DNA of 64,000 nucleotides from Nitrospirota bacterium (lineage in GTDB: Bacteria; Nitrospirota; UBA9217): NCBI GenBank assembly GCA_963754875.1, contig CAVWHO010000021.1, positions 64,001 through 128,000 of the forward strand. Reading direction: 5' to 3'. A program made the position numbers and the translations under genes. The notes below the pieces were generated by a model. That model was not told the DNA's origin. It worked only from the letters and a program-made list of their open reading frames with translations, and searched no databases. Of this stretch, positions 50,814 through 60,988 are shown one piece after another (within the stretch, counting starts at the first letter, position 1; the number at the start of each line of letters is the position of its first letter).

Positions 50814-52274
50814 TTATTGGGTGTTTTTGGTAAGCTTGGCTATGATGCCTGCCACGGTTTGTTCCATCATCGTTTTGATGGACTCAAGAGAGGTGGGATC
50901 CTTTGCTTCAAAGCGCATGACCAAGACCGGCTGGGTATTCGATGCCCGGATAAGACCCCAGCCGCTTTCAAATATGGCACGGATGCCGTCGACGGTGATC
51001 ACTTCCCGGGGCTTTTGCAACAAGCCATTTCCCTGGGAGAATATCTCCTTTGCACTTTCCACGACCCTGAATTTAATTGCTTCAGGGCAATCAAAGCGGA
51101 TCTCAGGCGTGTTAAACGTCTTCGGAAGGTCGGCAAGCAGCATGCTGAGCGAGGCAGTGCTCCCCTGTTTTGCCTTGAGTTTTTTCAGTATTTCCACGAT
51201 GCGGCAGGCCGCATAGATCGCATCGTCGTAACCAAAATAACGGTCCGCGAAAAACAGATGACCGCTCATTTCCCCTGCCATTGCTGCATGCACTTCCTTC
51301 ATTTTTGCCTTGATCAGCGAATGACCTGTCTTCCACATGACGGCAGTCCCGCCATGGGAGCGGATGTCGTCGTACATGACCTGTGAACATTTGACTTCCG
51401 ACACGAACGTGGACCCCGGACGTTCTCCAAGGATGTCGCGGGAGAAGATGATCATCAGCTGGTCGCCCCAGAGTATGTTCCCTTTCTCGTCCACCACACC
51501 GATCCTGTCCGAATCGCCGTCGAACGCGATCCCTGCATCCGCTTTGTGCGCACGAACGGCTTCTCTCAATGCAGTAAGATTCTCGGGAATAGTCGGATCA
51601 GGATGATGATTCGGGAACGACCCGTCGGGTTCGGAAAAAAGTTCAATAACGTCACAGCCCATAGTTCGCACCACTTCAGGCGCTGCCAAACCAGCAGTCC
51701 CGTTCCCTGCATCAAGGACGATCTTGAGACGACGTTCTCCGTTGGGTTTGAATAGGTCCTTCAGATGGTTAATGTAATCAGGCAGGATGGGGCGGTACGA
51801 GACGGAGCCGCTCGTTTCACGACCGGTTTTTTGACTCTTATCGACGGCGCCATCCAATATAATATTTTTCAGCTTTTGGATTTCTTCACCATAAATTGTA
51901 TCCTTGTTGACGCAGAGTTTGAACCCGTTGAACTCCGAAGGATTGTGGCTGCCGGTGATCATCACACCCGCACCGGGCTTAAAGTGGTAGAGGGAAAAAT
52001 AGAGGGCAGGCGTCGGGCAGAGGCCGATGACGGCAACGTCCATCCCTCCCTGGGTCAGACCTTGCAAGATGTTCTCACAGAGCCTCGGCGAGCTTATGCG
52101 GGCGTCGAATCCGACGGTTACAGTGTTGATGCCCTTTTGCCTGAGATACTCAGCGAAAGCTTGTCCCAGAGACTCGATTACCGCAGGTGTTAGGTCACGA
52201 TCCGCAATACCGCGGATGTCGTATTCTCGGAATATTTCAGGGTTGATCATAGGTGACGCAGCAGTCCTCTCCAC
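50814..52274 (-). CDS. Phosphomannomutase/phosphoglucomutase
   Basis: FREYDIRG, TGSHNP, FDGDSDR, GEMSGH, RASNT. Confidence 0.95.
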   Translation of the reverse strand: MERTAASPMINPEIFREYDIRGIADRDLTPAVIESLGQAFAEYLRQKGINTVTVGFDARISSPRLCENILQGLTQGGMDVAVIGLCPTPALYFSLYHFKPGAGVMITGSHNPSEFNGFKLCVNKDTIYGEEIQKLKNIILDGAVDKSQKTGRETSGSVSYRPILPDYINHLKDLFKPNGERRLKIVLDAGNGTAGLAAPEVVRTMGCDVIELFSEPDGSFPNHHPDPTIPENLTALREAVRAHKADAGIAFDGDSDRIGVVDEKGNILWGDQLMIIFSRDILGERPGSTFVSEVKCSQVMYDDIRSHGGTAVMWKTGHSLIKAKMKEVHAAMAGEMSGHLFFADRYFGYDDAIYAACRIVEILKKLKAKQGSTASLSMLLADLPKTFNTPEIRFDCPEAIKFRVVESAKEIFSQGNGLLQKPREVITVDGIRAIFESGWGLIRASNTQPVLVMRFEAKDPTSLESIKTMMEQTVAGIIAKLTKNTQ

Positions 52275-52277
52275 AGT

Positions 52278-53741
52278 TTATGTACGAGAAAGCGACGGCA
52301 ATGACTTTCTCTTGTTTTTATCATGCCTGTTGTAGTCGTCGTCAAAGCGGACGATATCGTCTTCTTCAAGATATTCGCCGTTCTGCACTTCAATGATCTG
52401 GAGCGGTATTTTGCCGAGGTTTTCCAGCCGGTGCTTCGTCGACATGGGGATGTACGTACTTTCGTTCGGATGCACGTCATACACCTTGTCCCCGTTCGTA
52501 ACCCGGGCAGTGCCGGAGACGACAACCCAATGTTCGCTGCGGTGATTATGGAGTTGGTGTGAAAGCTTCGTTCCCGGGTGAATGACGAGCCGTTTTATTT
52601 TGTACCGGTCACCTTCTTCCAAGATCGTATACGATCCCCAAGGCCGGTGCACCGTGCGGTGGATAAGATGCTCGCCTGACTTGCGTTTTTTGATTTCGTC
52701 AACGACCTTCTTCACATCCTGCGCACGGTCCTTGCTGCAGACGAGCGTCGCATCCGGCGTGTCTACTACAACGACGTCCTTCAGTCCGATGGTTGCTACC
52801 AGACGCTTTTCAGCATAGATGATCGAGTCATGGCTGCCGAGATCGATGACATTGCCGTTCACGATGTTGCCTGCGGCGTCGTGTTCCGAAACTTCGTCGA
52901 GAGCGGTCCAACTGCCCACATCCGACCAGCCTATATCTGCGGGGATGACTGCCGCGCGGTCGGTTTTTTCCATTACCGCGTAGTCGATGGAAACGGACTT
53001 AAGGTTCTTGAAAACAGTGCTGATCACGCTCTCTTCCTTGTCCGTGCCGAGGCTGCGCTTGATCTCCATTAAACCGCCATAGAGCGCAGGATCATATTTT
53101 TTTATCTCCTCCAGGAGGACCTTCGTTTTCCAAACAAAGATCCCGCTGTTCCAGAAGTAATTGCCCTGCTTGAGGTATCCTTTGGCAGTTTCGAGGTCCG
53201 GTTTTTCGACGAATGCCTCGACTTTGCACACATCGTTGATTCCGGTTTCCTTGCAGGAGGAACCGGCCTTAATATAACCGTAACCCGTTTCCGGTCTGTT
53301 CGGCTTGATTCCAAGCGTGACCAGATACCCAAGTCGAGCCGCCTTATCGGCTTTGCCGAGTAACCCAAGGAATTCGTCTGTTTTTTGAATAAAATGATCC
53401 GCAGCGAGAGCCACCATGACGCCTTCGGGGTCCAGCCGCTCCAGGTGGAGCGCGGCGAGCCCCAGGGCCGGCGCAGTGTTCCTCGCCTCGGGTTCAAGGA
53501 TCATATTTTTGTCCCAGGGCTTGTTAAATTTCGTCGAGAGCTGTTGACCGATCGCGTCCACAATGTCTCTGTTCGTAACAGTGAAAATATCTTCAAAACT
53601 GATTGCCGGCAAAATTCGATTTACTGTCTGGCAAATCAGCGTATCTTCTCCTCCGATTTTCAGGAGTTGCTTCGGCATTTTTTCCCGGGAAAGCGGCCAA
53701 AACCGCGTACCCGAACCGCCGGCCATAATTACTGCATACAT
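52278..53741 (-). CDS. manC: Mannose-1-phosphate guanylyltransferase / mannose-6-phosphate isomerase
   Basis: AGGSGTRFWPLSR, FVEKP, WSDVGSW, C-terminal cupin HRSEHW. Confidence 0.95.
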   Translation of the reverse strand: MYAVIMAGGSGTRFWPLSREKMPKQLLKIGGEDTLICQTVNRILPAISFEDIFTVTNRDIVDAIGQQLSTKFNKPWDKNMILEPEARNTAPALGLAALHLERLDPEGVMVALAADHFIQKTDEFLGLLGKADKAARLGYLVTLGIKPNRPETGYGYIKAGSSCKETGINDVCKVEAFVEKPDLETAKGYLKQGNYFWNSGIFVWKTKVLLEEIKKYDPALYGGLMEIKRSLGTDKEESVISTVFKNLKSVSIDYAVMEKTDRAAVIPADIGWSDVGSWTALDEVSEHDAAGNIVNGNVIDLGSHDSIIYAEKRLVATIGLKDVVVVDTPDATLVCSKDRAQDVKKVVDEIKKRKSGEHLIHRTVHRPWGSYTILEEGDRYKIKRLVIHPGTKLSHQLHNHRSEHWVVVSGTARVTNGDKVYDVHPNESTYIPMSTKHRLENLGKIPLQIIEVQNGEYLEEDDIVRFDDDYNRHDKNKRKSLPSLSRT

Positions 53742-53779
53742 AATGTAGTCCTCTCAGTTCGCGGGACCGAAACCGGGCG

Positions 53780-54931
53780 TCAGCGCCGCTCCGCCGTCTT
53801 CGCATCCACAAAATCTTTAAATTCCCGTCTAAATCGCCCTGTGCCGAATTTTATAGCATTTTTTCTTATTTGTTGTCCATCAAATTTATCAACATTCCGT
53901 TCAAACGTCTTTAAGGCGTCCCGTAATGCCTCAACAGTCTGTTTATAGAAAAAGACCCCTGTCGGAGCGGATTCATGTGACATCCGCGGTCCGCCGCCGT
54001 CGTCCGTTAAAGGGAGAACCGTCTCAGTTATCCCTCCCCTGCCGTAAGCAATGACCGGCGTGCCGCACGCCTGCGCCTCAACGGGTACGATGCCGAAGTC
54101 TTCCTCTGCCGCAAAAACGAAGGCCTTCGCCCTCTGCATATATGTTTTCAGAACATCCGAGGCCTGATAGCCGAGGAGTTCTATGTTCTTCCCTGACTTG
54201 GATTTGACTTTATCGAAATCCGGCCCATCGCCGATTACGACGAGCCTTTTGTCAGGCATGCCGGAGAATGCTTCGACAATGAGGTCGATTTTTTTGTATG
54301 GCACCATCCGCGATGCGACGAGGTAGAATTCTTCTTTTTGCGGAGAAAGTGAAAATCTTTCGACATCCACCGGAGGATAGATCACGGTTGCCTGACGGTT
54401 ATATGCACTCTCGATTCTGGCCGCTATATATTGAGAATTTGCGATGAAATGGTCGACCCGGTCCGCGGTCTTAGCGTCCCATCGCTTTATGTATCCAAGC
54501 ACGGATTTGGCGAGAATTCCTTTGAGGCCCTTATCGAGGCCCGATTCCCTCAGATATTGGTCCCTGAGGTCCCAGGCATAGCGCATCGGCGTATGACAGT
54601 AGCAGATGTGCAGTTGACCGGACTTCCTTACTGCCCCTTTTGCAACCGCGTGGGAGGATGAGAGAATGAGATCGTAGCCGGAAAGATCGAACCGCTCGAC
54701 GGCCAGGGGGAAAAAAGGGAGATAATTTCTATAGTATTTTTTGGCCAAGGGTAAATTTTGAATAAACGAAGTCTGCACCTTCTTGTTCAGGATGATGCCT
54801 CGATCCTGTTCAGCCAGAAAGTCAACGAGACAGAATATATCCGCATGTGGATAGAGCGAGACGATCTGTTCCAGGACGCGCTCAGATCCGGCAGTGGCCA
54901 CTAACCATTCGTGAACAACAGCTATTTTCAT
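53780..54931 (-). CDS. GT4 glycosyltransferase (WbaZ-like)
   Basis: HEWL...GSERV, HTPMRYAW, EDFGIVPVE. Confidence 0.9.
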   Translation of the reverse strand: MKIAVVHEWLVATAGSERVLEQIVSLYPHADIFCLVDFLAEQDRGIILNKKVQTSFIQNLPLAKKYYRNYLPFFPLAVERFDLSGYDLILSSSHAVAKGAVRKSGQLHICYCHTPMRYAWDLRDQYLRESGLDKGLKGILAKSVLGYIKRWDAKTADRVDHFIANSQYIAARIESAYNRQATVIYPPVDVERFSLSPQKEEFYLVASRMVPYKKIDLIVEAFSGMPDKRLVVIGDGPDFDKVKSKSGKNIELLGYQASDVLKTYMQRAKAFVFAAEEDFGIVPVEAQACGTPVIAYGRGGITETVLPLTDDGGGPRMSHESAPTGVFFYKQTVEALRDALKTFERNVDKFDGQQIRKNAIKFGTGRFRREFKDFVDAKTAERR

Positions 54932-54964
54932 AATATTTACCGGCGTGAGCTCCTACCTTGTCGC

Positions 54965-55828
54965 TTAGTTGAAAAAACGTTTCTTAATTAATCGCGGCAG
55001 GGCGCCGAGCCATGCTTGGGGACCGAGATGGGAAATCAGCACTTTGTGGTTGTGCAAGAAATCATTAAACCACTGTTCGTTCACCTGAGCACGCGTGCCG
55101 CCGGTACGGAACTCATAATGGATAACAATCGCATCGCCGACGTATCGTCCAAACTGGCCCGTTCGCGCTAACCGGACACCATACTCGGCCCCAAATCCCC
55201 AGGCATTTCCCCTAAAATCAGTATTGAAACCGCCCATCCTCAAAAAATTATCGCGTCTGATCCCCATATTCCCTTCTCGGGGAGAATTGATCATACAGCT
55301 TCCCGGGCGATCATAATTCGACAATATCAACCCCAACTTGTTGATCCAACCGACGATACGGCCGTTGATTTTTTTTTCAGCGCCGAGAAAAAGGCCGAAT
55401 AACCATTCGGTATGGATTCGCGTATATTCGGAGTGCGCCGATCGCCCTTTATTGAATTCCATGATGCGGCCGGAGGTATATGCCAGCTGTAAATTCTCCG
55501 TGAAAGCGCGCAGGTGAGCCTCAAGCCATCCGAAATGAGGAACCGCATCATCGTCCAACAGCAATATGATTTCGGACCGTGAAGTAGCGATGCAGTGGTT
55601 CAACGTCCGGGTTATACTCGGGGACGATAGCGTTTCGATGCGAAGGCGCTGATCTTTTTGAAGTTCAGATCGCCACTGAGAGTCGGGCATTTCCCCTTGG
55701 AGACCCAGGCAAATCTGAAGCTCCGGATACAAGACCCGGATTCGCTGCAGGGTTCTTTTAAGCACGGCAAGCCGATTGTAGCTCGGGATGATCAGCTCCG
55801 CGGTAAGCTCGTTGACCGACAAGAACAT
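54965..55828 (-). CDS. GT2 glycosyltransferase
   Basis: IIPSYNR, LDDD, GGF...F. Confidence 0.85.
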   Translation of the reverse strand: MFLSVNELTAELIIPSYNRLAVLKRTLQRIRVLYPELQICLGLQGEMPDSQWRSELQKDQRLRIETLSSPSITRTLNHCIATSRSEIILLLDDDAVPHFGWLEAHLRAFTENLQLAYTSGRIMEFNKGRSAHSEYTRIHTEWLFGLFLGAEKKINGRIVGWINKLGLILSNYDRPGSCMINSPREGNMGIRRDNFLRMGGFNTDFRGNAWGFGAEYGVRLARTGQFGRYVGDAIVIHYEFRTGGTRAQVNEQWFNDFLHNHKVLISHLGPQAWLGALPRLIKKRFFN

Positions 55829-55858
55829 TCCCTCCGTAAACCTTCGTGCGTTGAACGC

Positions 55859-56797
55859 TCAGGGCACAATCTGGCGCCACTTCTTTCTCGACAATGTATT
55901 CTGTATGATCTTCAGTTTCTTGAAGACTTTTTTTCCGAAAAGCCGTTCAATAAGGTTTTTCACAGCGGATTGGACGATTACCCTTCCCGCTTTCAAGACC
56001 ATAACGATGAAAGGTCCGCTGAAATTCCCGAAGTATCTCCTGCTTATCGACACTGTTTCCCTGTAAATGGGCGCGACACTTTTGTACGTTGCGCCGGTAT
56101 TTCTGAAATTGACCAGAAATTCGTCTGTATTCAAGAATTCGATATCGTGAAATATCGCTTTTAAAAAAAAATCGTAGTCCGCCGCAAATTTATACGACGT
56201 GTCGTACAGGGCCATCATGAGATAGACGCTTCTCTCGACGAACATGGTTTGATGACACACGGTCATGCCGCGCCGGTAGTTCAAATTCGACATAAACTGG
56301 GTTGTTATGCCAAGTTCTTCGTCATAGATATTAAAATTACCGTATACGATGGCGGCCCCGTCTCCCTTGCGGCGCATATACCTGTCTACGACATATTGCA
56401 CGGCCTGTTTTTCGTAAAAATCATCGCTGTTCAAGAGTCCTATCAACTCCCCGTGAGCTAGAAGAATCCCTTTATTCATCGCATCATACAGCCCATTGTC
56501 CCGCTCGCTCATCCAATAGGCGATCTTATCGTCATATTTTTTAATGACATCCAACGTACCGTCAGTAGAGTTTCCATCGATAATGATATATTCGATGTTG
56601 CCATAAGTCTGATTTAAAACACTTTGTATGGCACCCTCCAAGTGTTTCTCCCCGTTCCGGACGACGGTAATGACGGTCACAAGCGGGGACCCCGGCACTG
56701 ATTGCTTCGCAAATTCATGCCGCGTGCGAAGGCCGCCTTCCTCGCGTCGAGAATTGACAACCGAATTCGAAGCGGCAAGCTGATCGTCGTTAATCAT
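55859..56797 (-). CDS. GT2 glycosyltransferase
   Basis: IDGNSTDGT, GLYDAMNKG, LNSDD. Confidence 0.9.
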   Translation of the reverse strand: MINDDQLAASNSVVNSRREEGGLRTRHEFAKQSVPGSPLVTVITVVRNGEKHLEGAIQSVLNQTYGNIEYIIIDGNSTDGTLDVIKKYDDKIAYWMSERDNGLYDAMNKGILLAHGELIGLLNSDDFYEKQAVQYVVDRYMRRKGDGAAIVYGNFNIYDEELGITTQFMSNLNYRRGMTVCHQTMFVERSVYLMMALYDTSYKFAADYDFFLKAIFHDIEFLNTDEFLVNFRNTGATYKSVAPIYRETVSISRRYFGNFSGPFIVMVLKAGRVIVQSAVKNLIERLFGKKVFKKLKIIQNTLSRKKWRQIVP

Positions 56798-56905
56798 TAA
56801 CAAAATCCTTCTACAAGCAAACGTTCTATACCCATTCATGAATAAAGGTTCAAAATTCACGGAACGATCCGTTTTGTACATCAGTTTTTATGAATCGACT
56901 CCCAT

Positions 56906-58006
56906 TCAGGCTGATGCTTCCTTGTAAAACGCAAGGGTTTCCTTCGCGCAGATGTCCCAGCTGAATTTCCTTTCCTGCTCCAGTCCGGCGTTAGTCAACT
57001 GTTTCCTCATTGCTGTATCGTGCAGAATGGTATAAAGTTTATCCATGAGTTCGTCAAGGTCCACAGGATTGAAATAGAGCCCCGCCTGCCCTACGATTTC
57101 TGGAATCGAACTCGAGTTACTCACGAGAACGGGGCAGCCGTAATGCATAGCCTCAAGGGGGGGCATGCCGAAACCTTCATAGAGAGATGGATAGACAAAA
57201 ACGGACGCATATTGATAAAGATTCGCCAAAATTTCGTCGACGCCTGAATAATTGAGGACAGTATCGTCAAGGCCAAGAGACTTTATCAATGCAAACTCGT
57301 GGTCAGTGAATTGCCCGCCACCGAAACAGATTAATTTAAAGTCGCGTTTGACTTTTTCCAAGCGCGCATAGGCGTTCAGCAACAAGTCAAAGTTTTTATA
57401 TCCGCTCCGCTGACCGACATACAAAATATATGGGCTATCTACAAGCCTTCGAGAAACAATTTCTTTTTTAAGAGAATTACCAAGATAAATGACCTTAATT
57501 TTTCTTTCCGGCACTTTAAAATGGCTGATCATGTCTCTCTTCGTCGATTGAGAAACGCAAATAATTGCATCCGCATTTCGTATCGCCTGCTCTTTATCAT
57601 TTGCGGTGTTAATCTCTCTCGGTGGAAGACATTGCGGGTAAAGTTCATGAATCATATCATGGACGGTCAGCACTCGTATTCCCTTGAACCCGTGGGCCGG
57701 GTTCTTGTAATACGTGGGATGATAAATATCAGCGTTGGATACCCTGACAAAACGACGGAACAGCGCATTGTTGAGGGCAGAGAATATTCTTATGGTTTTT
57801 GGAATGTGTCTATGTTTCAACCCCCAAAAGGAGTCAAAGCGGCTATGACATGATTCCAGTCCGTATTCATTGACGGAAAAACCCAAAAAAAGAGAAACAT
57901 CAACTTCCGCCTCTTGGCAGAGACGAGAAATCAACTCATAAAAATATCGGGAAATCCCTCCGTATTTTTGTATCGTAAATATCTGGTGGTCATAAAGAAT
58001 CTTCAT
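56906..58006 (-). CDS. GT4 glycosyltransferase
   Basis: GGISRY, TVHD, EGFGMPPLE. Confidence 0.92.
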   Translation of the reverse strand: MKILYDHQIFTIQKYGGISRYFYELISRLCQEAEVDVSLFLGFSVNEYGLESCHSRFDSFWGLKHRHIPKTIRIFSALNNALFRRFVRVSNADIYHPTYYKNPAHGFKGIRVLTVHDMIHELYPQCLPPREINTANDKEQAIRNADAIICVSQSTKRDMISHFKVPERKIKVIYLGNSLKKEIVSRRLVDSPYILYVGQRSGYKNFDLLLNAYARLEKVKRDFKLICFGGGQFTDHEFALIKSLGLDDTVLNYSGVDEILANLYQYASVFVYPSLYEGFGMPPLEAMHYGCPVLVSNSSSIPEIVGQAGLYFNPVDLDELMDKLYTILHDTAMRKQLTNAGLEQERKFSWDICAKETLAFYKEASA

Positions 58007-58809
58007 GCGCTTGGGTTCTCTTCACTCTTTTTCCAGATTTCAAGAGACTTCTGGTAATCCTGTTGTAGCAGGGAACCGCGCCGGCTAAATAAATTCAGAA
58101 AGCTCGCAATCTTATATCGAGATATCGCATAGAAGAGATAAGGAGACACCCTTTTGTTCGTAAACAAATGGATGGTCCGCCCGTTCGTATAGAAGTTCAA
58201 ATGATTCTTCGCTGCGATGACCGACAGCGCTTGGGCCGTATAGAACGAAATGTGCTGCCCGTGTTCAAGGCCGTAATACTGCCAGGAACCAGGCTTCGGT
58301 GCTTCGGGAGGAACGAGCTCAGTCGTAAAAAGGATATTCGAGGAGAGCTTGAGCATGGCATTGATATCGGCGAGGGGGTCCACCAGGTGCTCGAAAAGTT
58401 CGAAGGCTGTAAGCAGTTCGTAACTGACTGCGCCTTCTGCATTTCCGTCGAAATTCCTGGCGAAAAGATTTTCGCAATGTTTATCATACCGATAAAAGTC
58501 TAACCCATGGTCCCGCATGATACGGACGAGCATGCCATATCCCCCGCCATAATCAAGAAATGACTTGTTTTGATCGAACAATGCCGAAATGACGGCTTGT
58601 GCAATAGCGGCGAGCATGATGTTCCGGCTGACCACACCGACATCCGAATGATTAATAGCGTCCAAATACGCAGTATTGAGCCAGTAGGGTTCCTCGGTCT
58701 GAATGAACCCACAGGACTCGCACCGGAAAAAAGCGACCTTGTATCTCCCTCTCAGTGTCGCTGTGGAGAACGACGTTGAAGGCATTGAACAGATTTTGCA
58801 GTTCATCAT
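58003..58809 (-). CDS. Class I SAM-dependent methyltransferase with N-terminal CxxC pairs
   Basis: CKIC..CESC, LDYGGGYG, FELFEH. Confidence 0.88.
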   Translation of the reverse strand: MMNCKICSMPSTSFSTATLRGRYKVAFFRCESCGFIQTEEPYWLNTAYLDAINHSDVGVVSRNIMLAAIAQAVISALFDQNKSFLDYGGGYGMLVRIMRDHGLDFYRYDKHCENLFARNFDGNAEGAVSYELLTAFELFEHLVDPLADINAMLKLSSNILFTTELVPPEAPKPGSWQYYGLEHGQHISFYTAQALSVIAAKNHLNFYTNGRTIHLFTNKRVSPYLFYAISRYKIASFLNLFSRRGSLLQQDYQKSLEIWKKSEENPSA

Positions 58810-59726
58810 TTCCTGTGAATAAAGCATCTTTTCAATTTATTCCTTGCCCGCACCCTGAGGCTTGGCTTTACGTGAGTCTTTTGCGTAATATCGTCGGCCA
58901 CCGCATCTCGTACGAGGAACGGCGGATGCTGCAAGGGGAATGATAGCGGTTCAGTTCTCATTTCACTGAACGAACTGTGCCCGGCGGTATGTGTGGCGTC
59001 TGCGTGAAATCCTACATTCGATACTAAATTCACTTTTGGCAAGACAGACAGGCCATGTTGCATCCAGCAGGCAAAAGTCCATTGGTAATCCCAGGTATTA
59101 ATTGTGCCGCGATAGACTTTATCGAATGTTTGCGTCCAGTATTTGGCGCTCCTCGCATCTCCGAGGCAGTCATTCAACCAGCCGCCGACTTTGAACGTCG
59201 GCCATAATTTCATCTCCACATCGTAGTGCTTCCATGCCCTGCGCCAGGAAGCCCATCCCCATATATGCGAATATCGGGAATAATAATAACTGTACTCCGA
59301 TCTTCTTCGTCCGAACTGAAAATTATCGCCGGAGATCATCATGATTCGCTCATCATCACGATATTTGTCCAGCAACTCCTGACAGAACCGGAAAAAAGTG
59401 GGGTCTGGTAAACAATCGTCTTCCAGGATGATCGCTTCTTCAACGGTATCAAACACCCAATCGAGGCCGCTCGATACCCGTCGTTTACATCCCAAGTTGA
59501 CATCAGAATAGTTCGTCAGTACCGTGCAGGGCCAATCGATATTCTCAATGATCGCACGTACCGCCTTGCACTTGTCCGCATCACCAGGCGTATTGAGACG
59601 CGGACCATCAGCTACAACCAGCAGCTTCGGCGGCTGTGCGGCCCTGATCGTTTCGAATACCCTCGCGGTCGTATCCGGTCGGTTGAAAATCAAAAAAGCT
59701 ACTGGTGTGTTTAGCTGCCAATTCAT
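58806..59726 (-). CDS. GT-A fold glycosyltransferase
   Basis: FNRP, ADGPR, ILEDD, WGWASW, N.GF. Confidence 0.85.
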   Translation of the reverse strand: MNWQLNTPVAFLIFNRPDTTARVFETIRAAQPPKLLVVADGPRLNTPGDADKCKAVRAIIENIDWPCTVLTNYSDVNLGCKRRVSSGLDWVFDTVEEAIILEDDCLPDPTFFRFCQELLDKYRDDERIMMISGDNFQFGRRRSEYSYYYSRYSHIWGWASWRRAWKHYDVEMKLWPTFKVGGWLNDCLGDARSAKYWTQTFDKVYRGTINTWDYQWTFACWMQHGLSVLPKVNLVSNVGFHADATHTAGHSSFSEMRTEPLSFPLQHPPFLVRDAVADDITQKTHVKPSLRVRARNKLKRCFIHRK

Positions 59727-59772
59727 CTTGTCAAATCCCTATCGCCGTGTTTCTTACTCATAGAAAGATCCA

Positions 59773-60137
59773 TTATGCCCGGCTTCCAGGCAAATGAGTA
59801 TCATGGAATTGGTCGTCAATTCTTTTTGACAGGACATTGAGTCATTTGCAATCCGTCTTGCACGTAAAGGTATGCACTTCAAAGGGATCAACGAGAAAGA
59901 GAGAACCTTTTTTCACGGATACTCATACTCTATTGTTTTCTCGCAGGTCTTCTATCGTCACGTCAACTTCGCCTTCTATGATGGAAAAAGCTCTCTTATT
60001 TCTTTATATAATGCCCTCCACACACCTGTCCCGCGTGAGTTTCTATATAATTGACTTCTTCCCAATAGCCAGAATTGACGAGGCCGAGGAACGCCCCCCG
60101 TGTCCGTGAACCGTTTATAAGACTCAAAGATTCTCAA
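59773..60137 (-). pseudogene. Decayed cupin-fold NDP-sugar isomerase/epimerase gene
   Basis: Manual stitching across three frameshifts and two TGA stops gives MRIFESYKRFTD/RGAFLGLVNSGYWEEVNYIETHAGQVCGGHY/KEIRELF/IIEGEVDV..RV*VSVKKGSLFLVDPFEVHTF..CK*LNVLSKR. Confidence 0.78.
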
Positions 60138-60988
60138 AGGACTTCTTTGCTTATTTCCGTCAAAGCATCAACAGCGTCCGTTGTTCGTACCCGTAGCAGC
60201 ATCCTGGTTTTATCATTTTTTAGTGAAAGGTCGGGAAATAGAAACAGCCCGCTATCTCTGCAGGAGCTCTTTCGTATTTGCGAGACGTCGTAGTTGTGGG
60301 TTCGAGCAAAAGCAATCGCAAAATCATATCGGGACGTTCTTTGACCACATGCATGAAACACTGCATCCTGCGTATCGAACGGCATTAACAGTTTTTCAAG
60401 AATATCCAAAAAGTCTTTATAATATGTAGGTGAATACCATGCGTCCTCGTAACATTCAACAGTTTCTTTTCTGGATAATTTTTCGCGAAGAAAACGTAAA
60501 AAAGTCGCGTTTTTGTCATAAAGCGCGCTCGTTCTCAGAACGGTGAAGTTTCCTTTAGCGATTTTGAGACCTTCGGACTCGCCGCACAACTTGCTTATTC
60601 CGTATACAGTTCCAGGGGCCGGCCGGTCGAGTTCCCCGTAGTGTCCCCTCCCTCCATCAAAGACATAATCAGCGGATATATAGATTATCTTAGCTTTTTC
60701 AAAAGCCGCCGCAAGATATTTTACCGATTCGCAATTGATTCTAACTGCATCAGCACGATTCTTTTCACAGTAGGCGATATTTTTATTTCCTGCCGAATGT
60801 ATGATCACATCAGGCCGGACATATTTTGCCAGTCGGAACACGGCTTCCTGATCCGTCAAATCGCACGGTAAACGGCTTTCATCAGGCAGACAATGCATGC
60901 TCGTACAATACAAATTGTATTTTTTTTCGAGATGTGACCTGATGATATTGCCGACATAACCGGTGCAACCGGTCAGCAGAACCTTCAC
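60134..60988 (-). CDS. RmlD-like NDP-4-keto-sugar reductase
   Basis: TGCTGYVG, ISADYVFDG, YGISK. Confidence 0.87.
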   Translation of the reverse strand: MKVLLTGCTGYVGNIIRSHLEKKYNLYCTSMHCLPDESRLPCDLTDQEAVFRLAKYVRPDVIIHSAGNKNIAYCEKNRADAVRINCESVKYLAAAFEKAKIIYISADYVFDGGRGHYGELDRPAPGTVYGISKLCGESEGLKIAKGNFTVLRTSALYDKNATFLRFLREKLSRKETVECYEDAWYSPTYYKDFLDILEKLLMPFDTQDAVFHACGQRTSRYDFAIAFARTHNYDVSQIRKSSCRDSGLFLFPDLSLKNDKTRMLLRVRTTDAVDALTEISKEVL

